64,000 bases of DNA from an uncultured Pelagibacteraceae bacterium (GTDB taxonomy: Bacteria > Pseudomonadota > Alphaproteobacteria > Pelagibacterales > Pelagibacteraceae). Positions 49,755-58,554 of this stretch are shown here, piece after piece. The DNA lies in the NCBI GenBank assembly GCA_902628495.1, contig CACONH010000004.1:2305-66304 (forward strand), read 5' to 3'. The notes beneath the pieces are model-generated. The model was given only the letters and a program-made list of their open reading frames with translations. It did not search any database and was not told where the DNA came from. Position 1 is the first letter of the stretch. Each line of letters begins with the position of its first letter. The translations under genes were made by a program, and so were the position numbers.

Positions 49755-52417
49755 TGAGTAATTTAGTTTTTAATTTTAATTCTAAAAAGTCAAAGAATTT
49801 AAAAAAACCAAAATTTATCTTAGGTGGCAAAGGTGCAAACTTGGCTCAAATGGGAAAACTAGGATTACCAGTTCCCCCTGGTTTCACAATCTCCACAGAA
49901 GTTTGTAAAATTTTTTACAAAAATAATAAAAAATTAAATTCAAAACTAATTAAATCTATTAACCTTGAATTAAAACAAGTTGAAAAAGAGTGTAGTAAAA
50001 AATTTGGTGATTTAAACAATCCACTTTTAGTTTCTGTAAGATCTGGAGCAAGAGTATCTATGCCGGGAATGATGGATACCATTTTAAATCTTGGATTAAA
50101 TGATAAAACTGTAATCGCATTAGCCAAAAAAACTTCTAACATGAGGTTTGCAAAAGATAGCTACAGAAGATTCATTCAGATGTATTCAAATGTTGTTTTA
50201 GGAATAGAAAGTTATAATTTTGAGGAACTGATAGAAAATTATAAGTTAACAAAGGGTGTTTTAATGGACACTGATCTAGATGAAAATGATTGGGATGGTT
50301 TAATTAAAGATTTCAAAAATGTTGTTAAAGAAAAAACAAAGAAACAATTTCCCCAAGATGTATATGAACAATTATATGGAGCAATTTCTGCTGTGTTTTT
50401 GTCTTGGGAAAGCGATAGGGCAAAAGTTTATAGAAAGTTAAATCAAATACCATCTGAATGGGGAACAGCTGTCAATGTTCAATCAATGGTTTTTGGAAAT
50501 ATGGGAAACGATTGTGCAACTGGGGTTGTTTTTACAAGAAATCCATCTGATGGAAAAAATGAAATTTATGGCGAATATTTAATTAATGCCCAGGGTGAAG
50601 ATGTTGTAGCAGGAACTCGAACTCCAAATTACATTACAAAAAAAGCACATAAAGATTCACAATCAAAAGGAAAATCAATGGAAGAAGCTATGCCAAAAGT
50701 ATTTTCTAAACTAAAAAAAATTCTATTACTTTTAGAGAAACATTATAAAGATATGCAAGATGTAGAATTCACTGTTGAAAACTCAAAACTTTGGATGCTT
50801 CAGACAAGATCTGGAAAAAGAACAGCTAAGTCAGCTGTGAAGATAGCTGTAGACATGGTTAAAGAAAAATTAATCTCAAAAAAAGAGGCTTTGTTAAGAG
50901 TGGATGCAAATTCACTAGACACGTTGCTCCATCCAACACTTGATGAAACAAAAGATATAAAAACTATCGCAAAAGGTTTGCCAGCATCACCAGGTGCAAC
51001 AAGTGGAAAGGTAGTTTTTACATCAGACGAAGCAGAAAGATTAAATAGCATGATGCAAGATACAATACTAGTTCGTGTAGAAACATCCCCTGAAGATATT
51101 CATGGTATGCATGCAGCAAAAGGAATTTTAACAGCAAGAGGAGGCATGACAAGCCATGCCGCTGTTGTTGCAAGAGGCATGGGTAGACCATGTGTTTCCG
51201 GATCAAGTGAAATCGAAATTAATTATGATAATAAACTTTTTAAAACTTCCTCAAATGTTGAAATAAAAGAAGGTGATATAATTACAATTGATGGATCTAC
51301 AGGTAGAGTAATTTTAGGAGAAGTTCCAACTATAAAACCAGAGATTTCAGGAGATTTTTCAAAATTAATGAATTGGGCTGATAAATTTAGGAAATTAAAA
51401 GTTAGAACTAATTCTGAAACTCCTCTTGATACAAGAACTGCTAGAGACTTCGGAGCTGAAGGAATTGGTTTATGTAGAACAGAGCATATGTTTTTTGATG
51501 AAGATAGAATTCTTTCAGTAAGAGAGATGATTTTATCTAAAACTATTGATGACAGAAATAAAGCTTTGGCTAAACTTCTTCCTCATCAAAAGAAGGATTT
51601 TACTGAAATTTTTGAAATTATGAGTGGCTTACCAGTAACTGTAAGGCTGCTGGATCCACCTTTACATGAGTTCTTACCTAAAAACGATAAAGAGATAAAC
51701 GATCTAAGCAATGTTACAGGTCTACATGTAAACGAAATAAAATCTAGAACAGAAGAATTACATGAACACAACCCAATGCTTGGACATAGAGGATGTAGAT
51801 TAGGAATATCTTTTCCAGAAATTTATGAAATGCAGTGCAGAGCAATTTTTGAGGCTCTAATAGATTGTAAAAAAAGAAAACTTAAGTCCACTATGCCAGA
51901 AATAATGATCCCACTTGTTTCAACTGAGGCAGAAATAAAAATCATGAAAGACTTAGTTATTAGAGTAGCAAAAAAAGTTCAAGACGAGCACAAAACTAAA
52001 GTAAATTTTTTGGTTGGAACAATGATTGAATTACCAAGGGCAGCAATAAAAGCAAAAGATATAGCAAAACATGCTGAATTTTTTAGTTTTGGAACAAATG
52101 ACTTAACGCAAACAACTTTTGGTATCAGCAGAGATGACAGTGGAAAGTTTTTGAACGATTATATAGAAAATAAAATATTTGATATTGATCCTTTTATTTC
52201 GATTGACGATGGTGTTGGTGACTTAATTGAAATTGCAACTTTAAAAGGAAAAAAACAAAATAAAAAAATTAAACTTGGTATTTGTGGTGAGCATGGGGGA
52301 GATCCAAAAAGTATTAATTTCTGTTCTAGAACTGGATTAAATTATGTTTCTTGTTCACCTTACAGAGTTCCTGTTGCAAGATTGGCTGCAGCACAAGCTG
52401 AGTTAATTAAAAAATAA
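49754..52417 (+). CDS. ppdK: Pyruvate, phosphate dikinase
   Basis: GGKGANLA.M, phospho-His loop GGMTSHAAVVARGMG and C-terminal PEP/pyruvate domain (NDLTQ, CGEHGGDP). Confidence 0.97.
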   Translation: MSNLVFNFNSKKSKNLKKPKFILGGKGANLAQMGKLGLPVPPGFTISTEVCKIFYKNNKKLNSKLIKSINLELKQVEKECSKKFGDLNNPLLVSVRSGARVSMPGMMDTILNLGLNDKTVIALAKKTSNMRFAKDSYRRFIQMYSNVVLGIESYNFEELIENYKLTKGVLMDTDLDENDWDGLIKDFKNVVKEKTKKQFPQDVYEQLYGAISAVFLSWESDRAKVYRKLNQIPSEWGTAVNVQSMVFGNMGNDCATGVVFTRNPSDGKNEIYGEYLINAQGEDVVAGTRTPNYITKKAHKDSQSKGKSMEEAMPKVFSKLKKILLLLEKHYKDMQDVEFTVENSKLWMLQTRSGKRTAKSAVKIAVDMVKEKLISKKEALLRVDANSLDTLLHPTLDETKDIKTIAKGLPASPGATSGKVVFTSDEAERLNSMMQDTILVRVETSPEDIHGMHAAKGILTARGGMTSHAAVVARGMGRPCVSGSSEIEINYDNKLFKTSSNVEIKEGDIITIDGSTGRVILGEVPTIKPEISGDFSKLMNWADKFRKLKVRTNSETPLDTRTARDFGAEGIGLCRTEHMFFDEDRILSVREMILSKTIDDRNKALAKLLPHQKKDFTEIFEIMSGLPVTVRLLDPPLHEFLPKNDKEINDLSNVTGLHVNEIKSRTEELHEHNPMLGHRGCRLGISFPEIYEMQCRAIFEALIDCKKRKLKSTMPEIMIPLVSTEAEIKIMKDLVIRVAKKVQDEHKTKVNFLVGTMIELPRAAIKAKDIAKHAEFFSFGTNDLTQTTFGISRDDSGKFLNDYIENKIFDIDPFISIDDGVGDLIEIATLKGKKQNKKIKLGICGEHGGDPKSINFCSRTGLNYVSCSPYRVPVARLAAAQAELIKK

Positions 52418-53252
52418 GCAAACTACTATCGAAACTTTTTGCACTATGTGTAATTGAACCAACTGAGATTCTGTTTACCCCAGTGTTACTAATTTTTGTT
52501 ATATTTTTTAAGTTAGCGTTTCCAGAATACTCAGTTTCATATTTACCTTTGCAAATTTTTAAATATTTTTTTAATTGACCAAGACTTACATTATCAAATA
52601 AAATCCTATTAAATTTTAGACCCAAAACATTATTTAATTGTCTCAAATTTTCGATTTCAACTGTTACTTTTTTTTTAGTTTTTAAAGATTTTTTTATTAT
52701 ACTTCTTAATGATATCTCTGATTTAAAATGATTTTCTTTTATAAGCACTTCATCACTTAGATTATATCTATGATTATGTCCACCACCTTTTCTAACAGCG
52801 TATTTTTCTAACAATCTTAAATTTGGTGTTGTTTTTCTTGTGCAACAAATTTTTGTTTTATTTTTAACTTTGCTAACATATTGATTTGTGATTGTTGAAA
52901 TACCTGAGGCATGATTAAGAAAATTAAGAGCGGTTCTCTCGGCAATCAAAATTGTTTTTGTTTTTGCAGTTATTTCAGCAATAATTTGATTTCTTTTAAC
53001 TTTTTTACCATCTTTAATTCTCTGTAAAAATTTACTTTTTCTTTCCAAAAGTTTGAAAGCTGCCTTGCAAAAATTAATACCAGATATTATTCCACTCTGT
53101 TTTGATATTATTTTAGCTTGAACTATTTTATTCCTCGAATTTAAAAGTTTTGTTGTTATGTCACCATTTGGTTTTAAATCTTCTTCAAGAGCTTTAAGAA
53201 CTAAATTATTAATATATTTTTGGTTTATTTTTTGCACTGATCTAACGACCAA
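52407..53252 (-). CDS. nadC: Nicotinate-nucleotide pyrophosphorylase (carboxylating)
   Basis: GD.TT, ERTALNFL.H.SGI.T, TRKT.P..R.LEKYAV..GGG.NHR and SVG..THS. Confidence 0.92.
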   Translation of the reverse strand: MVVRSVQKINQKYINNLVLKALEEDLKPNGDITTKLLNSRNKIVQAKIISKQSGIISGINFCKAAFKLLERKSKFLQRIKDGKKVKRNQIIAEITAKTKTILIAERTALNFLNHASGISTITNQYVSKVKNKTKICCTRKTTPNLRLLEKYAVRKGGGHNHRYNLSDEVLIKENHFKSEISLRSIIKKSLKTKKKVTVEIENLRQLNNVLGLKFNRILFDNVSLGQLKKYLKICKGKYETEYSGNANLKNITKISNTGVNRISVGSITHSAKSFDSSLLIF

Positions 53253-54231
53253 TTTCAGTCATTCTTTCAACAGATTTTCTAGCTTTTTCTATTATCTCTT
53301 TGGACATTAAAATTTCATTCGTTTCGTTTTTTAAACAATCTAAAATTTTTGGAAGAGTTATTCTCTTCATATGTGGACATAAGTTGCAAGGTTTTATAAA
53401 TTTTACATTAGGGTTATCAACTTGAACATTGTCACTCATTGAGCATTCCGTAACCATCATAACCTTCTCTGGCTGGTTTTCCTTTACATACTTTATCATA
53501 CCACTAGTTGAGCCAGTAAAATCACTTGCGTTAATAACATCTGGTGGACATTCAGGGTGAGCGATTACTTTAATGCCAGGATTATTTTTTCTAATTTCAT
53601 TTATTTCTTGATCGTTGAATTGCTCATGTACCTCACAAGTACCTTTCCAAGAAATTATCTCAACATCTGTCTGAGTTGCCACATATTTTGCAAGATAATC
53701 ATCAGGTAAAAAAATAACTTTTTTAACACCTAGGGAATTTACTATCTTTACAGCGTTGGCAGAAGTACAACAGACATCAGTCTCTGATTTAACATCTGCA
53801 GATGTATTAACATATGATACAACTGGTACTCCTGGATATTGTTTTTTCAATTTTCTAACGTCTTTACCTGTTATTGAAGAAGACAATGAGCAGCCGGCAC
53901 GCATATCAGGTAACAAAACTTTTTTGTTAGGACTCATTAATTTTGCTGTCTCAGCCATGAAGTGTACTCCACACATAACAATAATATCAGCTTTTGTTTT
54001 TGCTGCTTCAACTGCAAGCGCTAATGAGTCAGCTGAAAAATCTGAGATACCATGATAAATTTCTGGGGTCTGATAATTATGGGCAAGTATTACCGCATTT
54101 TTTTCTTTTTTAAGTTTGTTAATTTCATAAATATATGGAGCGTGAGTAGACCACTCTATTTCTGGCATTATGTCAGATATTTTTTCGTAAATCGGATTAG
54201 TTGCTTTTTTTACTTCTGAGTTAAATTCCAT
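53242..54231 (-). CDS. nadA: Quinolinate synthase
   Basis: ILAHNYQ, GVHFMAETAK, YVNTSA.VK, CTS.NA, and HPECP. I prefer the ATG at 54231 over the listed TTG at 54246. Confidence 0.94.
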   Translation of the reverse strand: MEFNSEVKKATNPIYEKISDIMPEIEWSTHAPYIYEINKLKKEKNAVILAHNYQTPEIYHGISDFSADSLALAVEAAKTKADIIVMCGVHFMAETAKLMSPNKKVLLPDMRAGCSLSSSITGKDVRKLKKQYPGVPVVSYVNTSADVKSETDVCCTSANAVKIVNSLGVKKVIFLPDDYLAKYVATQTDVEIISWKGTCEVHEQFNDQEINEIRKNNPGIKVIAHPECPPDVINASDFTGSTSGMIKYVKENQPEKVMMVTECSMSDNVQVDNPNVKFIKPCNLCPHMKRITLPKILDCLKNETNEILMSKEIIEKARKSVERMTEIGR

Positions 54232-54285
54232 AACCAATCCTATCAACTTGAAAGAAGATTGTCATTCAATTAATGTGACGCATAT

Positions 54286-54371
54286 GCGGCCGTGCTGAAA
54301 CTGGTAGACAGGCTTGGTTGAGGGCCAAGTGGGGCTTCCCCATGAGAGTTCGAGTCTCTCCGGCCGCACCA
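54286..54371 (+). tRNA. tRNA-Leu (anticodon GAG), long variable arm, CCA encoded
   Basis: Acceptor GCGGCCG/CGGCCGC, anticodon stem CTTGG/CCAAG with loop TT-GAG-GG, variable arm GGGG-CTT-CCCC and T arm GAGAG-TTCGAGT-CTCTC. Confidence 0.9.
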
Positions 54372-54376
54372 ATAAT

Positions 54377-54721
54377 TTATAACAATTTATTTTTTTTCCT
54401 CATAAAAACTAAAAGTGTACAACCCTTTTTTGTATAAGATGAATGATGGGAGCCAGGTTTAAAACTTACAATGTCTCCTTTATTAAATTTTGTATTATCT
54501 TTATCGATTAATTGTCCATCTAAAATATAAAACTCTTCGTAATCAGTATGTTTGTGGCATGGAGTTCGAGTATTAGGTTTTAATTTTAAAATGTAACTTC
54601 CTTGCCCATTTTTGGGATCGTATGTGATCTTATGCCAGTCCATCCCTTTAAAAACTTTTCCATAATTATCAAATGGTTTGAATTTGACTTTAGAAGTTTT
54701 TGTTATTAACCTTTTTTTCAT
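54377..54721 (-). CDS. Small stand-alone cupin (ChrR C-terminal / Cupin_7-like)
   Basis: HKHTDYEEFYILDG....D......GD.V..PGSHH......GC.LLVF matches the cupin motifs of the ChrR-type cupin domain. No anti-sigma N-domain is present. Confidence 0.65.
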   Translation of the reverse strand: MKKRLITKTSKVKFKPFDNYGKVFKGMDWHKITYDPKNGQGSYILKLKPNTRTPCHKHTDYEEFYILDGQLIDKDNTKFNKGDIVSFKPGSHHSSYTKKGCTLLVFMRKKNKLL

Positions 54722-55611
54722 AAATTAAGCCAATCAGGTTTAAAGAATTTTATTTCTGCATTCCCGCATTTAAAAATTTTATCGAAACTGAAAATATCAT
54801 TGTTTAATTTAATTAGACCAAAGTTATATTTGTTAGATAATAATGCCTTACCAATCTCTTTTTCATCGTATGTAATGTTATCATTTTCTGATAATGAACC
54901 ATTTAAAATTTTAAAAGGTAAAAGTCGTTTATTTAATTTATTTTTAAGTTTTATTCTTGAAGTATTTTCTTGTCCTATATAACACCCTTTTTTAAAATCT
55001 ATTGCATTGAGTTCTTCAAAATTACATTCAATTCCAAATAATTTTTCTTTTAATAAATGTGTTTGCAGTTGAGGAATTCCCAGATTAAAACTATTATCAT
55101 AATATATTTTAGGATCCTCTGATTTAAGATTTAATTTTTTTAAAGATAAATATAATTTCTCTAAATTAATTATTAATCTTCCCCCTAATTCTTTATTTCT
55201 AGGATCTAGAAAGACTGGATCTTCTCTATATTTAGTGGTGAAACCGGGTAAGTCTTGAGCTCCTTCAAATTCTAAAAATTTAGAATATGAAAAAGCAGCA
55301 ACAACAAATTCGTTACTTAAATTTAAAATCTCCACTTTAGATCTTAATTTATAAGAGATTATTTTTTTAAATAGCTCTTCTGCAATGCTTTTTTCACAAT
55401 CTAAAAAAAAACCGTTTTTATGTTTTACAATTATGAAGTCATATAAATACTTACCTTGAGGCGTTAACAATGAGGCATAACAACTATTTTTATCATTAAC
55501 TTTATAAATGTCATTTGTTATTAAATTTTGAAGAAACTCATTTGTGTCAGCTCCATTAATGTACAAAACCCCTCTGTCTTCTAGAATAAATACAAATTTT
55601 TCATTAATCAT
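54718..55611 (-). CDS. ygfZ: Folate-binding protein YgfZ (aminomethyltransferase-like, Fe-S cluster repair/tRNA modification family)
   Basis: Signature KGCYIGQE present, ~300 aa. Confidence 0.85.
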   Translation of the reverse strand: MINEKFVFILEDRGVLYINGADTNEFLQNLITNDIYKVNDKNSCYASLLTPQGKYLYDFIIVKHKNGFFLDCEKSIAEELFKKIISYKLRSKVEILNLSNEFVVAAFSYSKFLEFEGAQDLPGFTTKYREDPVFLDPRNKELGGRLIINLEKLYLSLKKLNLKSEDPKIYYDNSFNLGIPQLQTHLLKEKLFGIECNFEELNAIDFKKGCYIGQENTSRIKLKNKLNKRLLPFKILNGSLSENDNITYDEKEIGKALLSNKYNFGLIKLNNDIFSFDKIFKCGNAEIKFFKPDWLNL

Positions 55612-55655
55612 AATTGATAACTTATATTTTATAATATAATAAGAATTTTGTAATA

Positions 55656-56960
55656 ATGTTAGATTTAAAAATTATAAACGGTAATTGCTTCATTAGTGGA
55701 AAATTGGAAAAACAAGATATTGGCATTAAACATGGTAAAATCGTAAAAATAGGAAGTTTAGAGGAAGAGTCAAAAGAAACTTTTAATGCGGAAAATTTAA
55801 CAATTCTACCTGGTTGTATTGATACACAAGTTCATTTTAGAGAACCGGGCTCAACAGATACTGAAGATCTTAATTCTGGGAGTAAAGCAGCGGTTGTGGG
55901 GGGCATAACGTCGGTTTTTGAAATGCCAAATACAAAACCACCTACTACTAATTTTGAGGAATTCGAAAAAAAAATAAATATTGCAAAAAAAATGTACTGT
56001 AATCACGCATTTTTTTTTGGTGCTACAGCTGAGAATTATGAAACCTTAGAAAAATTACAAGATTTAAAAGGATGTTGTGGAATAAAACTTTTTGCAGGAT
56101 CTTCAACAGGAAATTTATTAGTGGACAAAGAAGATGATATAGAAAAAGTTTTTAAGCATGCATCAAAAGTAGTTGCTGTACATTCGGAAGATGAGGAAAT
56201 ACTTAAAATTAGAAAAAAATTAATTGAAAAAGGCAATGTGAAAACACATCCTGTTTGGAGAAACGAAGAAGTGGCCATGTCTTCAACTAGAAAAATTGTC
56301 AAAATAGCAAAAAGATTTAATAAGAGGGCACATATACTCCATATTACTACAAAAGAAGAAATAGATTTTCTGTCTCAAAACAAAGGTAACATAACATTTG
56401 AAATAACGCCTCAACACCTAACGTTTTGCGCACCTGATTGTTACGATAAAATTGGCACTTATGCCCAAATGAATCCACCCATTAGAGATAAGACTCATCA
56501 AGATCGTCTTTGGTACGCAATAAGAAATAATTACAATGATACAATTGGCTCAGATCATGCGCCACACTTAAAGGTTAACAAAGATAAAACTTATCCAGAC
56601 TCACCCTCAGGCATGCCTGGGGTGCAAACATTACTACCTGTTATGTTAAATCATATCAATAATGGAAAATTAAAATTAGAACAATTAATTAAATTTATTT
56701 GTGAAAATCCTGTAAAAATATTTGGTATTAAAAATAAAGGATACATCAAAAAAGACTTTGATGCCGATCTTACAATAGTAGATTTAAACAAAAAAATTAC
56801 GATCGATAACAAGGATATGCAAAGCAAATGTAAATGGTCACCTTACCACGGCGAGACGTTTAAAGGCTCTCCAGTAGCAACTATAATTGCAGGAAAGATA
56901 AAAATGCAAAATGGATCATTGATTGGAGAACCTGAGGGGACCCCATTAGAATTTATTTAA
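55656..56960 (+). CDS. pyrC: Dihydroorotase (long, amidohydrolase type)
   Basis: DTQVHFREPG, metal-binding HxH context and SDHAPH. Confidence 0.88.
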   Translation: MLDLKIINGNCFISGKLEKQDIGIKHGKIVKIGSLEEESKETFNAENLTILPGCIDTQVHFREPGSTDTEDLNSGSKAAVVGGITSVFEMPNTKPPTTNFEEFEKKINIAKKMYCNHAFFFGATAENYETLEKLQDLKGCCGIKLFAGSSTGNLLVDKEDDIEKVFKHASKVVAVHSEDEEILKIRKKLIEKGNVKTHPVWRNEEVAMSSTRKIVKIAKRFNKRAHILHITTKEEIDFLSQNKGNITFEITPQHLTFCAPDCYDKIGTYAQMNPPIRDKTHQDRLWYAIRNNYNDTIGSDHAPHLKVNKDKTYPDSPSGMPGVQTLLPVMLNHINNGKLKLEQLIKFICENPVKIFGIKNKGYIKKDFDADLTIVDLNKKITIDNKDMQSKCKWSPYHGETFKGSPVATIIAGKIKMQNGSLIGEPEGTPLEFI

Positions 56961-57756
56961 ATAATCTTTTACTCAAATTAAGACAGTCTTTTTTCAAACT
57001 CTCTAAGTCATTAGAAATTTTTATTTTTGACATCAATTTTCTATTATTTAAATAAAAGTTTCCAGTTGAATATTTATTATAGTTAATAATTTTAAATTTA
57101 TTTTTATTAAAATGATTAAGCCATTGAACTACATCTTTTAAAAAAACTTTTCTACCAATTGATATATTATAAATTCCTCTTAAATTTTTACGAATAATCA
57201 TATTAATAATTTCACAAAATTTTTGAATTGATATGAAGTCTTTATAATTTTGTTTATTATTATAGATTATACCCTTTTTGGCTTTCTCATAAAAAATGTC
57301 TACAAATGTTTTATGTAAATTTTTACTGAACTTTGATTTATCTCCTATTATATTAGATATTCTCAAAATGGTTAAATTATTTTTAAATTTCCCATGTAAT
57401 ACTTTCTCGGTCATTGTTTTATTTTTTGCATAATTAGATTTTGGAGATAATTTATCTCCCTCATTAATATTTGGTTTTGCTTTGTAGACTTTTCTTGAAC
57501 TTAAAAAGACATAAATAGTTTTTTTATTATTTACTCTTTCAGCTATCTTTAGGTCATTATCAAAATTTTTATTATATTTTTTTTTTATATAATCTTTGTT
57601 TATTGAGGAGTTAATAACAAAATTATATTTATCAATCTGTTTGAAATTTAAAGCCTCTTTAAAACTTATTAATTTTACATTATACTTAGTTTTTAAAAAT
57701 TTATTTAGATTTTTTCCTATAAATCCTCTTTTTCCAATAATTAAAACTTTCTTCAT
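56953..57756 (-). CDS. NAD(P)-dependent sugar epimerase/reductase (extended SDR, RmlD-like)
   Basis: MKKVLIIGKRGFIGKNL Rossmann motif and YAKNK (YxxxK). Start moved to the ATG at 57756, 3 nt after the upstream stop. Confidence 0.7.
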   Translation of the reverse strand: MKKVLIIGKRGFIGKNLNKFLKTKYNVKLISFKEALNFKQIDKYNFVINSSINKDYIKKKYNKNFDNDLKIAERVNNKKTIYVFLSSRKVYKAKPNINEGDKLSPKSNYAKNKTMTEKVLHGKFKNNLTILRISNIIGDKSKFSKNLHKTFVDIFYEKAKKGIIYNNKQNYKDFISIQKFCEIINMIIRKNLRGIYNISIGRKVFLKDVVQWLNHFNKNKFKIINYNKYSTGNFYLNNRKLMSKIKISNDLESLKKDCLNLSKRLFK

Positions 57757-57758
57757 GA

Positions 57759-58529
57759 TTAGATTAACGAGCAAATAAATTTTGTTAATAAGTAGTCTAT
57801 ATTCTTTTTAATTTTAATATTATTACTAATACAAAATGAGTGAAAATACTGATGTGCTTGACTTCTACGTTTCCACCAATTTTTGGAATACTTTTTAAAT
57901 TTTGATGACACATTATTTTCTGTTCTTCTGTAGTAAGTAAGGTTTTCGTTTACTCTACTAAAATTTTTTAAAACATATTGTGCATATATGCAGACCCTTA
58001 GATCCATCCATACATCTGTAAAATCCTTAGATGATATTGCTGTAAATAATTCATCAAAAATTTCTTTTTTTATAGTTATGCAACTAGTAGGGTGGATGAA
58101 AGGCCAATAAGTCTTAAAAAAATTCTTATTTCCTTTTTCAATATGATTTGAATTTTCATATACGTTTATTGGAAGATCAAATACAATTTTGGTTTTGTCA
58201 TTATTCTTAAAATAATTAACAATAGTCTCTATTTTTTTTTCATGAAAATAATCATCACTATCTAGAAAAAATATTAAGTCACCAGTACTTTGATTGATAG
58301 ATTCTCTAAAAGCTTTTAATTGATTTAGAGATCCATACTTTGTTTGGATTTTATTCTCTATAACTTTTATATTTGAAAATTTTTTTATTTTATCTAACGA
58401 ATTATCTGAAGAATTATCATCAAAAAAAATTATTTCTAAATCTTTATAAGTTTGTGATTTTAGTGAATTAATACATTGCTCGATGTATTTTTCACTGTTA
58501 AAATTTGCAATTACAACTGATGTTTTCAA
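57759..58529 (-). CDS. Family 2 glycosyltransferase
   Basis: TSVVIANFN....I.QCINSL.SQTY...EIIFFDDNSSD and FLDSDD (DxD). Confidence 0.85.
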   Translation of the reverse strand: MKTSVVIANFNSEKYIEQCINSLKSQTYKDLEIIFFDDNSSDNSLDKIKKFSNIKVIENKIQTKYGSLNQLKAFRESINQSTGDLIFFLDSDDYFHEKKIETIVNYFKNNDKTKIVFDLPINVYENSNHIEKGNKNFFKTYWPFIHPTSCITIKKEIFDELFTAISSKDFTDVWMDLRVCIYAQYVLKNFSRVNENLTYYRRTENNVSSKFKKYSKNWWKRRSQAHQYFHSFCISNNIKIKKNIDYLLTKFICSLI

Positions 58530-58554
58530 ATTTAAGCCTATTACCTATGTATAA

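Noticed and set aside
54286-58529. A possible integrative island at tRNA-Leu (and likewise at tRNA-Arg 37598..37674 or tRNA-fMet 11682..11758).
   Set aside because: I found no integrase, recombinase, phage or plasmid gene and no direct repeat of a tRNA 3' end. The genes next to the tRNAs (cupin, ygfZ, pyrC; ABC-2 exporter) are ordinary chromosomal genes.
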